Shown here piece by piece: positions 1 to 12,343 of a DNA stretch of 64,000 bases (position 1 is its first letter; each line of letters opens with the position of its first letter). This stretch comes from the human T2T-CHM13v2.0 reference genome, Homo sapiens. The DNA lies in the NCBI RefSeq assembly GCF_009914755.1, contig NC_060947.1, one strand, 5' to 3'. The notes beneath the pieces were generated by a model. That model had not been told where the DNA came from and did no database searches. It saw only the letters and a list, made by a program, of their open reading frames with translations. The translations under genes and the position numbers were made by a program.

Positions 1-601
1 AAACTCAGTGCAATTTGAACATGTATATGAAAATCCAAAGGACCTAGCATAGCCCAAACAACTTAGAAAAAGAAAAAGCTGTAAGACGTACAGGACCTAC
101 TTCAAGACTTATTGTGAAGCTACAGCAATCAAGAGAGTGTAAAGACAGACAAAAGTATGAATGAAACAGAATAGAGTCCAGAAATAGAGCCACATATATA
201 TAGTCAACTGATTTTTGACAAAGCTGCAGTGGTAGTCCAGTAGAGAAAGAATTGTCTTAAACAAATGGTGCTGAAACAATTGGACATTCAATATGCAAAA
301 TAAACAAATGATGAACTTTGATCTATACTTCACACTATGTACAAAAATTAACTCAAAATATATTGTAAATGTAAATATAAGCCTGAGACTTTAAAATTTC
401 CAGTAGAAAAATTAGGAGAAAATCTTTGTCCTCTTAGATTAAGCAGAGATTTAGATACAACACCAGAAACTTGAAGCATGAAAGAAAAAAATGAAGAAAT
501 TGGACATCATCTAAATTAAAACTTCCTTTTTGAATGATATTCTTATGAGAATGGAAAGATAAGCTCTAGACTGAGAGAAAATATTCGCATATCACATATC
601 T
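1..601 (+). mobile_element. Old L1M (L1MC/MD/ME-class) ORF2 3' fragment
   Basis: L1 ORF2-like motifs acagaatagagtccagaaatag, gtcaactgatttttgacaaag and acaaaaattaactcaaaa; degenerate. Confidence 0.85.
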
Positions 602-954
602 CAGGGGTCTCCAACTCCCAGGACAAAGACCCGTACCTGTCTGTGGCCTGTTAGGAACTGGGCCGCACAGCAGGAGGTGAGCAGCGGGCATGTGAGCACC
701 TGAGTTCTGCCTCCTGTCAGATGAGTGGTGGCATTAGATTCTCATAGGATCACAAATCCTATTGAAAATTGCACATGCAAAAAATCTAGGTTGCACGCTC
801 CTTTTGAGAATCTAACTAATGCCTGATGATCTGAGGTGGAATAGTTTCATCCTGTAAGCATCCCTCGCCCCACACCTCCCACCCCGGCCCCTTCTATGGA
901 AAAATTGTCTTCCACAAAACCAGTCCCTGGTGCCCAAAAGGTTGGGGACTGCTG
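602..954 (+). mobile_element. MER1B (hAT-Charlie DNA transposon), full length
   Basis: Starts caggggtctccaac and ends ggttggggactgctg; perfect 8-bp TSD ACATATCT at 594-601 and 955-962. Confidence 0.95.
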
Positions 955-1029
955 ACATATCTCATATGTCAGCAGTCCCCAACCGGTCCTGGGGGTTGGG
1001 GACCTTTGTCATACAGGGCTATTGGTACA

Positions 1030-1398
1030 GGCAGCATCATGAATGAGTATCAAAATAATTATGCTGAGTAAAAAGCATAATTATTTTTTAATTATGTAGA
1101 AAAGCACATGTATTTTATGTTTCCATTTCCATGGAATTCTAGCAAATTAAAATTTATCTATAGTGACAGAAAACAGATTTGTTATTGTCCAAGGATGGGG
1201 GGTGGCAGAGAAGAGTGAGAGAAGGTATTACAAAGGAATATGAGGGAACTTTTGCAGATAATGGACATGTTCATTATCTTCATTGTGGTGATGCTTTCAT
1301 GCTTGTACATACTTGCCTAAACTTATTAAATTGTACAATTTAAATATGTTCAGTTTACTATAAGTCAGTTATATCTCAGTAACACTGTTAAAAAAAAA
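1030..1398 (+). mobile_element. Old L1M 3' UTR with A-tail
   Basis: tatagtgacagaaaacagatt ... cattatcttcattgtggtgatg ... ttatatctcagtaacactgttaaaaaa. Confidence 0.75.
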
Positions 1399-1399
1399 C

Positions 1400-3330
1400 A
1401 CAGCAAAGGGACTCAGAAGTCATTCTGAATAGGTTCCCACTGCCCAAATAAGTGATGGCCTGAACACCAATAACGATAACTGCATTCAATGAAATTTGTA
1501 AAATATTTGGAACTTCATGAATCCATAATGGTAACCTACACACAAAAAAACCTTTCACAGGTCACTTTTGGAGGATGCCAGGGAAATAATTATTTTTTAA
1601 ATTTGTTAAAAAAAGGATAGTGGAATCAAGCATTCATTCTGCCTTTCCTAAATGAACTATAACTCAGGATAACCATAAAAATTAATGAAGGGATGTTTCT
1701 CCTAAATAAAGTATTCAAGTACAGTATGCATAAGAAAAGACAGAATTACAGAATCAACATTTGCAACTCCCAGTGAAGTAATAGATTGAGGTAATAGATA
1801 TCAACAGCTGCTAGTATTTCAGAAAGAAGATCAAGCAGACATTGCAGACATTTTGTACATCAATAATGATGGAAGAATAAAACACTACGTGATTAAATAG
1901 TTTTGCAGAAAGAGGGGAAGGGGAAGAGGCGGTGGAAGGGGGAGAGGGAAAGGGGGAGAGAAGGAGGGAGGCAGAGAGGAAGAGGGAGAGAAAGAGAGAG
2001 AGAGAAATGGAATATGATTAAGTCTCTAGATCTAACTGCCAAAGCTTTACAATACCAGCACCAACCAATACCAATGCCAACACCAACCAACAAATCAAAA
2101 CTGTGGGAAACTTACAAGACAAAATGATCCAGTTTTTTCCACAAATATTTCAGGGAGAAAAAAGAGAGATTGAGGAGAAGCTACAGATTAAAGCCATTAT
2201 GAACAACAGTATGGAGATGCCTCAAAAAATTAGAAATAGAACTACTTCATGATCTGGCAATTCCAAAGGAATATGAAATATCCAAAGGAAATGAAATGAT
2301 GTTGAAGAGATATCTGTGATCCCAGATTTATTGCAGCACTATTCACAATAGCCAAGATATGAAGTCAACCTAAGTGTCCATCATTGGATGGATGGATAAA
2401 TAAAATGTGGTACATATGTACATGGAGAAATGCTACTCAGCCATAAAAAGAACAAAATCTTCTCATTTGCAACAACATGGATAAGCCTAGATGACATTAT
2501 GTTAAGTGAGAAAAGTCAAACACAGAATAAATACCACATGATCTCATGTGTGAAATCTAAAAGAAGTTGATCTCACAGAAGTAGAGAGTAAAATAATGGT
2601 TTCTAGGGGCTAAGAAGAGTGGGAAGGGGGCTGGGAATGATGGAGAGAAGTTGGTCAATGGATACAAAGTTATAGTTAGAGAGGAGGAATAAGTTCTGGT
2701 GTTCTACTGCACAGTAGGGTGACTGCAGTCAAAAGTAATATTTTGTATAGTTCAAAATAGCTAGAATAGAGGAATTTGAATGTCTTACCACAAAGAAATG
2801 ATAAGTGTTTGAGGTGATGGATATGTTAATTACCAGGATTTGATCATTACACAATTTATATATGTATGGAAACATCCCACTGTACCCTCTAAGTATGTAC
2901 AATTATGAGTCAATTTAAAAACAAAATAAAACTTAAAAAATACAATGACTTAAGAGATTTATCATCCAATCACAATGTAGGGACTTTATTTGGATACTCA
3001 AATGTAAGGAAGCAAATCCATTTATGAAACAATGGGGAAATATGAACATTGTCTGGATATTCGATTATATTATATTATTGTCAATTTTGTTGGTGTGATA
3101 ATGGGATTTTGGATGTTTTCATAACTTACTTTTAAGAGATACTTAATGAAATACAGATGAAATGAGATTATTTCTGGTATTTGTTTCACAATGATTGAGG
3201 GTGAGAAGTGAGGATTGTTGGAAATGAGACTGTCTATGAATTGGTAAATTTGAAGCTGAGCAATTGGTACATGGGAGGAGTTTCATTGTACTATTCTATT
3301 TTTTTATGTTTTAAGTTTAAGTTTTATTTT
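1400..3330 (+). mobile_element. L1MC-like 3' UTR, interrupted by a purine-rich tract (1910-2005) and a younger L1MA piece
   Basis: L1MC4/5-like motifs on both sides of 2190-2940, e.g. aactgtgggaaacttacaagacaaaatgatccag and ggtacatgggaggagtttcattgtactattc. Confidence 0.6.
2190..2940 (+). mobile_element. L1MA-class 3' end
   Basis: ttattgcagcactattcacaatagccaagat; aggaggaataagttctggtgttct; gtttgaggtgatggatatgttaattacc; A-rich tail. Confidence 0.85.
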
Positions 3331-3379
3331 ATGTTTGGGATTTAAGTTTCTGAGTTGGTAAATGGACGGATTAAGGTGA

Positions 3380-3760
3380 ATGACTGAACCTTTGTGGGAA
3401 GGGAAGGAAAAAGAGGAGTCGAAGGTGACTCTTTCAGCTTGAGCAACAGGGAGGATGGTAATGCCATTTGCTGAGATGGGGAAGCATGGAATAGGACCAA
3501 TTTGTGTGTATGTGTGTGCATGTGCGTGTGTAGAAAATGAGTTCGGTTTTGGACATGCTGAGTTTGAAATATCTGTGAATAGCCAGGAAAATATGTCTAA
3601 ACAGTTATATATATATATGGGCTTGGAGCTTGGAAGACAGATTTGGGATAGAACGTAGAATTATGCAAGGATGAGTTTGTGCAGAGAGTGAAAGAGTTCC
3701 GGGAAAAAGCCCTGACGAACATCTACCTTAAAGATCTGTGCAGAGAAAGTAGGGCTCAAA
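3380..3760 (-). mobile_element. L2 fragment containing a short (TG)n
   Basis: gatggtaatgccatttgctgagatgggga and gagttcggttttggacatgctgagtttga are typical antisense L2. Confidence 0.7.
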
Positions 3761-4823
3761 CTTATATGGATACACAGCAGAATGGGACAAAGACTCTGCT
3801 ACTGGGGAGCTCCACCTTTAACCAGGGATACACATTCAATTAAATTCTATAGGCCTGGTCCTGGCCCAGATACTAGGCATAAGACACCGCTTTGAAAATA
3901 TTCATGTGCTGTCATGCACGGCTCTCCAAGTACTCTATGAGCTTTAATTAGTCTTAACTCTCAAAAGACTCTAAATGACTTCAGTGCAGGGAGTCAGAGA
4001 AGAGCTTGCATCCTTGGGAATAAGTGGAATTCACTACATTTTAAGGACATGATCCTTCCCTGAAATACCCAGGGCTGGCCTTTTAAATGGTTGATGAATG
4101 CAAACTAAGTACTGATAGAGCCTGAAAACTGAGTAGGCAATCCTGGAAACCAGGAGGTAGAAGACAGGGGACAGGTAACTGCCACCAGCCCATATATTCA
4201 ACTAATTTGGCCCAAATAAAGTTGTCAGAGATACAGGTGGTCTCAGCAGGAGCATCTGTGTGCCCGTTTTCACTCCACAGCTATACCAAGTAATTTTTCC
4301 AACCCTAGCTTGGGTTCCAGAGATTAAGCCAAGTTTAGGGGGAAACGCTGGCAAATCTGAGGTTTCTTATATCATCACAACTATGTCATTACACACTGTG
4401 CACAAAGCTAAGATTCAATAAATGTTTATTGAATTAATTTATTGAGTAGATGTAACAAACAGGATAGTCTAAAGTAAAGAGGGGAGTCTATTTTTACCTC
4501 TATTTTTGCAAGGTTTCTCCTTCTAAATTAAATAAATTTCCCACTTGCAGATAAATGTCTGAGTGTCCTTAGTTATCATCATGTGTAAAGGACATCATGA
4601 AATGCCCCGGATGCTTTTCTTGTGGCTTTATTTTCCCGCCTTGACCTACCTTTGTCAATGTGTTTTGTCACATTTTGCCATATTGTGCAAATTTCTTTGC
4701 ACAGAGGTCTCTTCTAAATATTCCCAGAGCCTAGCACTGTGCCTGGTACATTAGTAGGTGGTTGTTATTAGTTCGGGATCTCCAGGAAAATATAGCCAAA
4801 ATGATATTTGTGTGTGTGTATGT

Positions 4824-5161
4824 ACACTCCTGTCACTCAACAACTAGGAAACATTCTGAGAAATACATCCTTAGGCGATTTCGTCACTGTGCAAACATCA
4901 TAGCATACTTACACAAACTTAGATGGTATAGCCTACTACATGCTAGGCTATATTTTATAGCCTATTGCTCTTAGGATAAAACATGTGCAGTGTTACAGTA
5001 CTGAATACTTCAGGCAATTGAAACACGATGTTAAGTAATTATGTGTTTAAATATATCTGAACATTAAAAAGGTACAGAAAGATACAGCATTAAAATACTA
5101 TGTAACCACTGTTGTATATGCCATCCGTCCTTGACCAAGACATTGTTTGTGGCACGTGATT
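4824..5161. mobile_element. Tigger3a/MER7A (TcMar-Tigger)
   Basis: cattctgagaaatacatccttaggcgatttcgtcactgtgcaaacatcatag ... gatggtatagcctactac; about 340 bp. Confidence 0.85.
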
Positions 5162-5411
5162 ATATTTGTATTAAGGAATTAGCCCACTCAGTTGTGGAAA
5201 CTAGCAAGTCTGGAATCTGCAGGGCAGGCTGGCAGGGTAGAGACCCAGGGAAGAGATGACGTTGCTGTCTAAAGTCCAAAGGCAGTTTGGAGACAGAATT
5301 GCTACTTTGTCAGGGGATCTCAGTCTTTTTCTCTTGAGGCCTTCAGCTGATTGGATGTGGTCCACCCACATTATGGAGGGTAATCTGCTTTACACAAAGT
5401 CTACTGATTTA

Positions 5412-7711
5412 TTGATTTTTATAGATTTAGGGGGTACAAGTGCAGTTGTGTTACATGAATATGTTGAGTAGCAGTGAAGTCTGGGTTTTTAGTGTTACCC
5501 ATCACCCAAACAGTGTACATTGTACCCAACAGGTAGTATTTCATCCCTCACCCCACTTCTACACTCCAACTTTTTGGAGTATCCAATGTCTATTATTCCT
5601 TTCTGTATGTCCATGTCTAACTCATTTTTTATCTCCCACTTATGAGTGAGAATATGTGGTTTTTGACTTTCTATTTCTTAGTCATTTCACTCAGGAAAAT
5701 GGCCCCCAGTTCCATCCATGTTGCTGCAAAAAACATGATTCCATTCTTTTTTGTGGCTGTCATTCCATGGGATATATATCACATTCTTTTTATTGAAACA
5801 TCCATTGATGGACATTTAGGTTGATTCCATGACTTTGCTATTGTGAATAGTGCAGTGATAAATACATGAGTGCAGGTGTCTCTTTGAAACAATGATTTCT
5901 TTTCCTTTTGGTAGATACCCAGTAGTGAGATTGCTGGACACACAGTAGTGGTAGTTCTATTTTTACTTCTTTGCGAAACTTCCTATACTGCTTTCCATAC
6001 CAGTTGTACTAATTTACATTCCCACCAACAGAATATAAGCATTCTCTTTTCTCTGCATCCTCACCAACATCTGTTGTTTCTTGCCTTTTAAATAATAGCC
6101 AGACTGCTGTAAGAAGGTATGTCATTGTGGTTTTAATTTGCATTTCTCTGGTGATTAGTGATGTTGGGCATGTTTTCATGTTTGTTGGCCACCTGCATTT
6201 CTTCTTTTGAAAAAATCATTTGTTCATGTCCTTTGCCCATTTTTAATAGAGTTATTTGTTAGTTTTTTTTTTTAGTTTAGTTCCTTGTAGATTCTAGACA
6301 TTAGATGCATAGTTTGCAAATATTTTCTCCCATTCCATAGGTTATCTTTTTACTCTGTCAATTATTTCTTTTGCTGTGCAGAAGCTTTTTAGTTGCATTA
6401 AGTCACATGTGTCTATTTTTGTTTTTGTTATGTTTGCTTCTGAGGATTAGTAATAAATTTTTCTCCTAGGCCAATGTTCAGAAGTATTTTTCCTAGTTTT
6501 TTTTTCTAGAATTTTTATAGTTTGAGATCTTGCATTTAATCTATCTTGAGTTAATTTTAGGATATGGTGATAGATATGGGTTCAGTTTCATTCTTCTGCA
6601 TATGGCTGTCCAATTTTTCCAGCCTTATTTATTGATAGAGGGCACTTTCCTCAATGAATATTCTTGTCAATTTTGTCAAAGATCAGTTGGTTGTAGGTAT
6701 GTGGCTTTCCTTCTGGGTTCTCTATTCTATTCCACTAATCTATGTGTCTATTTTTATACTAGAACTATGCTACATCATGATCAAGTGGGTTTTATTCCAG
6801 GTATGCAAAGATGGTTCAATATGCAAATCAATAAATGTGATTAACCACATAAACAGAATTAAAAACAAAAATCATATAATCATTTCAATAGATGCAGAAA
6901 AAACATTCGATAAAATCCAGCATCCCTTCATGAGAAAAACCCTCAACAAACTAGATGGAGAAGGAACATACCTCAAAATAATAAAAGCCATACCTGACAA
7001 ACCCACAGCCAACATCATATTGAACAGGAAAAAGTTAAAAGAATTCCCTTTAAGAATGAGAACAAGACAAGTTTGCCCACTTTCACCACTCCTATTCAAC
7101 ATAGTACTGGAAGTCCTAGCTAGAGCATTTAAGCAATAGAAGGAAAAAAAGGCATCCAAATTGGAAAAGAGAAAGTCAAATTATCTGTGTTCATTGATGA
7201 TATGATCTTATATCTAAAAACCTAAAAGACTCTTAGATTTGATAAATGACTTCAATAAATTTGCAAAATATAAAATCAATGTGAAAAAATTAGTAGTGTT
7301 TCTGTACACTGATAACAATAAAGCTGAGAACCAAGTCAAGAACCCAATCCCATTAACAGTATCTACAAAACAATACCTAGGAATACATTTAACCAAGGAG
7401 TTAAAAGATACCTACAAGGAGAACTACAAAACACTGGTGAAAGAAATTGTAGATGACACAAACAAATGGAGAAACAACCCATGCTCATGGATTGAAAGAA
7501 TCAATTTTGTTAAAATGACCATACTGCCCAAAGCAATCTACAAATTCAATGCAATTTCTATTAAATTATCAATGTCATTTTTCACAGAATTAGAAAAAAA
7601 CAATTCTAAAATTCATATGGAACCATAAAAGGGCCTGAATAGCCAAAGGAATCCTAAGCAAAAGGTATAAAGTTGGAGTTACCACATTGCCTGACTTCAA
7701 ATTATACTGCG
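5412..7711 (-). mobile_element. L1PB-class insertion with 5' inversion: 3' part on minus (~5412-6771), inverted ORF2 part on plus (~6772-7711)
   Basis: L1PB 3' end (gggggtacaagtgcagttg...gaagtctggg). Plus-strand ORF2 RT peptides [30 protein letters not shown] and [13 protein letters not shown]. 15-bp TSD aagtct(a/c)ctgattta at 5397-5411 and 7712-7726. Confidence 0.92.
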
Positions 7712-8859
7712 AAGTCTCCTGATTTAAATGTTCATCACATCTTAAATATATCTTTACAATAACACCTAGACTAGTATTTTACCAAACTTCTGGTCATCAT
7801 AGCCTAGCCAAGTCGACACATAAAATTACCCATCACAGTGGTTATAAACTAGAACTGAAATAACCTGTGGACTGCCTGCATTTGCCTATTTACTTCTGAA
7901 CATCAAGTAGTGAATACAGTGGGCACACAGACATCAGGGAACACCAGGTCATTAGTTCATTTCTAACTACACAAAACAGTTTTTCAATAAGGTCGGTGAA
8001 ACATGAGATGAAAATAAGTTATGGATGAAATTTATTTTCAGATTTTCTCCCAACATTTAATCATTTTTAACTGATGAACTATTACATTATTCATCCATTA
8101 GAGGCAATAAAGTAACATGAGATGGCATTCCTGGAACTGGATTCCAGTCCTGCTTTATTATTATAATAAATGGCTGAGTGACCTTGGACAACTCACTTTA
8201 CCTTTCTTGGTTTCTGCCTCACCAATAGCAAAAGAAAATCTCAGAAATTCTTTAAAGTAAGTGTGTGGTATAGTAAATTCGAGTCTTCAGAAGGATCCGG
8301 GTCCAAATCTTGCTTCTGACACTTATTAGTTCTGAGCAAGTTTCTTCTGAGCCCCAGTTTCTGCAGTTCCAAAATGGGAATAAGGATATTTACCTCATAA
8401 CAGAGTTGTTATAATGATCAAATAAGACAAGCTGAGTGCAGAGTATCACAGATATTAACTCCTTTCACTGTCATTTTCCCTTTCAGCTCAAATACTATAT
8501 GGTACTGTTCTGTGCAGATGGAAAGTTAATTCCTCTTAGAAAAATGTAACTACCAACAGAGACTAAGCGTAATCAGGATACTCAAAGGATGCATTTGAGA
8601 TTACAGAGTCTTGAACAGCTTTTGTTATGGTGTAATTTCATTTCATTTGGAAAAACTCTTTATGACCATTTGATATTCTTTCAGGCCTAGCTAAAGTCTT
8701 TGGCTCTTTAACTCCTGTGGGCCACTTTGGTGGCCTGTGGTGTGTGGGAAAGCAAGGAAGGTCAAAGTCATGGGTATCTTTGTAGCACCAGACTGAAGAT
8801 TGTGTGCTTGCTGTGTTCCTAGCACTAATGCTTGCCTTATCCCATCTATTATTCACAAA

Positions 8860-9040
8860 AAGTCACAAAGGTGGGTACTACTATTTATATTCTTGGTTTA
8901 CAGATGAGGAAACTGAGGCTCAGATGGATGAGGTAACCTTCCCAATATTACACAGCTAATAAACACTGAATTTTCATTCATTCCCATGTCTATTTTGATT
9001 CAAACATATTCTCTTAACTACTAAATTGCATTGCCTCTTC
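8860..9040 (-). repeat. MIR
   Basis: ttacagatgaggaaactgaggctcaga core. Confidence 0.8.
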
Positions 9041-9409
9041 CTGGAAAGTGTCGGTTTTATAAAAGACACACAGGCTTTTGAGATTTTAAAGAAATGTTTT
9101 CACTAGAATAATTTGTGTGTACAGTACATGGAAGTGTGTATGTATATATGTATGTGTATAAATATATACAGAAACACACACATATATATACACATACATA
9201 CATGCACAATTCTAATAATTTAAAATTTGGGGGTTAAGAAATGAGGGTAGATCATTTTCTGGAAATTCCGACTACTTCCAGAGCTCTACAAGGTGGGGGT
9301 GATGAGGTAAGTAGCAAAATAAATAAGAGGGTCATGCCTCTACTTGTCTGTGATGCTGACTATACAGAACATTTTGAATAAGACTACTACAGGATATTCC
9401 TAGTAGCTG

Positions 9410-9600
9410 ACAGGTATCTAATGCTTAATATGTGTCAGGCACTGTGTTGAGACTTTATATGCATCATGCCATGTGATCCCCAAAACAACCCTATTCAGCA
9501 GATGGGAAAACTGAGGCTGACAGGTTATATCACTTGCTCAACGTCGGCCAACTAGCAAGTAACAAAGCCAGGATTCAACTCAAAGTTGAAAGCCCTTGTT
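9410..9600 (-). repeat. MIR
   Basis: gatgggaaaactgaggct...cacttgctcaacgtc...gccaggattcaactc. Confidence 0.75.
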
Positions 9601-9624
9601 TTTAAGTAATATGACAGATTTACA

Positions 9625-10222
9625 TTAAAAGTTCCTCAGTAAATTAAACATAGAATTGCCATATGACTCAGCAATTGCATTGCTAGGTGTATACCCAAAA
9701 GAATTGAAAACAAGTGTCCAAACAAAAACTTCTACGCCAATGTTGATAGCAGCTCTATTCACAATAGTCAAAAGGTGGGAGCCACCTAACTGTCTATCAA
9801 CAGATAAATGAATAAACAAAATGTGGTATATCCATACAATGGAATTCAGCCATAAATACAATACAATTCAGCCATAAAAAGAAATGAAATTCTGATACAT
9901 ATTACAACACAGATGAATGTCGAAAAGGTTATGCTAAATTAAAGAAGCCATGTATTCTATTATTTCATTTATATGAAATATTCAGAAAGACTAAATCCAT
10001 AGAGACAAAAGATTAGTGGTTGCCAGGGGCTGGGGAGAGAGGTTAATGAGGAGTAGTTGCTTAATGGGTACAGGGTTCCCATTTGGGGTGGTGAGAAAGT
10101 TCTGGAAGTAGATAGTGATGATGGTTGTACAATATTGTGAGTGTACTTAATGCCATGAATTGTACTGTTTAAATGGTTAAAATGGTAAAATTTATATTAT
10201 GTATATTTTACCACAATAAAAA
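9625..10222 (+). mobile_element. L1MB-class 3' end
   Basis: aacatagaattgccatatgactcagcaattgc; ggttgtacaatattgtgagtgtacttaatgcc; tattttaccacaataaaaa. Confidence 0.88.
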
Positions 10223-10323
10223 TCAATCAATTGATCAATTGATTAATCAATCCATTGGTCCCTGATTTTTTTATGCCTAACTATGGGTTTTGCTCCTTTA
10301 AAGCATGTATGCATGTCTCCGCT

Positions 10324-12343
10324 CATGGTTAAAAATTAGATTGCACTGTTGCAATGAAACACATAAGCAGAGCTTTGTTTGGTCTGGCCCTAGAATTGGT
10401 TATACCTTTGTAACCATTTAACACTCTGGGCTCATTTCCCTTCTCTTTACCCTAACTCCTACTTTTCCTTCCTTGTTCCTCCTTGGACCTGGAGTCTCCT
10501 CTCCCTTTCCCACCAATTCAAATTTTGCCCATTCTTCATAGTCCAGCTCGTCCATGAAGACTTTCCTGATTATTTCTTCTCTGCCTCTAGTCAAGAAACC
10601 CAGAATGACTGAGGTAGGCCCACTTTATTTTAAAATTAGCATTAAAAGTTAACATTACACAACTGTTTCTAAAACAACACTGGTTCTCAGACCAGTGTCC
10701 TTTCTATTAACACCTCAGTGTCTCACCCAATATTTAGAGTTGTCACATGAATTGGCATATTATTTTACATGTGTATATATATTCTGAGGGGGTTCCTGTC
10801 AGGTAACCTCATTTCTCTGGTAAGACACTCACTCCTGGTAATTCCTATTCCTTACACTTATTTGAATCACCCACCATGTGTTGGTACATAATAGATGCCC
10901 AATAAATACTTAGGATGAGAGATCTACAAATGTCCACAATTGGCCTCAAAACTATTGCTGACATGTAAAACAGGACATTATAACCCATCACTCCATCAGA
11001 AAGGAAACATCTGTTTATTCTACTGTATTTTCAGTTTCTAACAAATTAAAATCAGATGAGTTCTTGCTCGTGAAGCGAGGAGCAGACAGACACCTTCCAA
11101 GAAGCAGCAAGTGCATATGCTTTGAATCAAAACAGACATGAGAGTAAATTCCAATTCAGTATTTATTAGCTGTGTAATCTTGGGCAAGTTTTCTCACCCT
11201 TCTGAACCTCAGTTTCCTCAACTGTAAACATGGGGATATGAATAATAGTAAGTAACCTTGTTGGTTTGTTGTGAATATTCAATGAGATAATGCAAGCATT
11301 AATGCTAGGTTAATAAGCACTTAATACATGTTAGTATTTATGATTATCCATTACTTTCCCAAATCTTCCTAAGGAAACAGTTTATTCATAGTCCTAGGAC
11401 TTAGGGAACATTTAGCCTAGTTGTATATAGTATGGTAGGTTCAATGATTTGGTCCTAAATGGTGGTGTCAGGACACAAAGATATAGATAATGAGGCTTAA
11501 TAATCAATTCCAGGAAAATGTAGGCTGATGTCACGATACTGTAATTATGACCTAAGAAGTCCAATTAGCTGGACCAACCAGATTTTTTTTTTAATAATGG
11601 CAGTGTTCCTAACCCTGAGAACAAAAGTGAGACTTGAAAGAAGTGTTAGTTTGCATCCTGGCCAATGAACAAGGGATCTGCTGGTGGCTTTCCAGCTGAT
11701 AATAGAGAAATCACTGGGGAGGAATGAGATGGCATTCCCAGTGTTTAACCATAAGAATAAGGCTTTTAATTCTCTAAGCCCTTTGGATGTCTTGGACACA
11801 TGGTTATTCATCAATTTTCTTCAAACATCTGATTGCCCATGCATGCCAAGACAGCTGCCCACATTTCGGTAGACTGGCTTGTGCCTAGGCATAGGGATTT
11901 GAGGTTGAAAGAGTGAAGTTACATGAGATGGAAAAAAGTAGAGAGGTCAGAACAAGGAATAGTCTTGGGAATGAAGACTTGTAATCTTTGTAAAGAATTA
12001 GCAATGCCCACATATAGTTCTTTCAGACTGGTCTTGCTCAGGAATCCAAACCTCTGTTAGTATTGCTTGAAGGTATAGAAAAGCATCAGATTTCTGGGAT
12101 TGCAAACCCACTGCTGGCAGACAGTTGGCTGCTTTCATAATGCACAATCGACACTTGAAGGATTAATTTCCTAAGGTCAGGTAGAATGGTTTGTTCGCCC
12201 CTTTGGGTGAGCTGTCTCTAGCCCTTCTGTAATATGCTGCTATTCTCAAAAGCCATGGTTAAAAATGAGATTGCACTGTTGCAAACAAACACATAAACAG
12301 AGCTTTGTTTGGTCTGGCCCTAGAATTGGTTATACCTTTGTAA
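10324..12343 (+). repeat. Local 90-bp direct duplication (copies at 10324-10413 and 12254-12343)
   Basis: catggttaaaaat(t/g)agattgcactgttgcaa...ggtctggccctagaattggttatacctttgtaa occurs twice, 1930 bp apart, with 4 mismatches. Confidence 0.95.
11125..11345 (+). repeat. MIR
   Basis: ttattagctgtgtaatcttgggcaag...cctcagtttcctcaactgtaaacatgggg. Confidence 0.85.

Larger units (their letters stand above)
4760..7838 (-). mobile_element. MLT2-family (ERVL) solo LTR, split by Tigger3a and L1PB insertions (pieces ~4760-4823, 5162-5411, 7712-7838)
   Basis: ctgattggatgtggtccacccacattatggagggtaatctgcttt continues after the L1 as ctgatttaaatgtt...gacacataaaattacccatcaca. Confidence 0.8.

Noticed and set aside
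1903-2127. Arg/Glu/Gly-rich ORF
   Set aside because: It is a translation of a purine-rich low-complexity tract.
10222-10258. Palindromic aatcaattgatcaattgatt
   Set aside because: A degenerate (AATC)n L1 tail; low complexity is enough to explain it.
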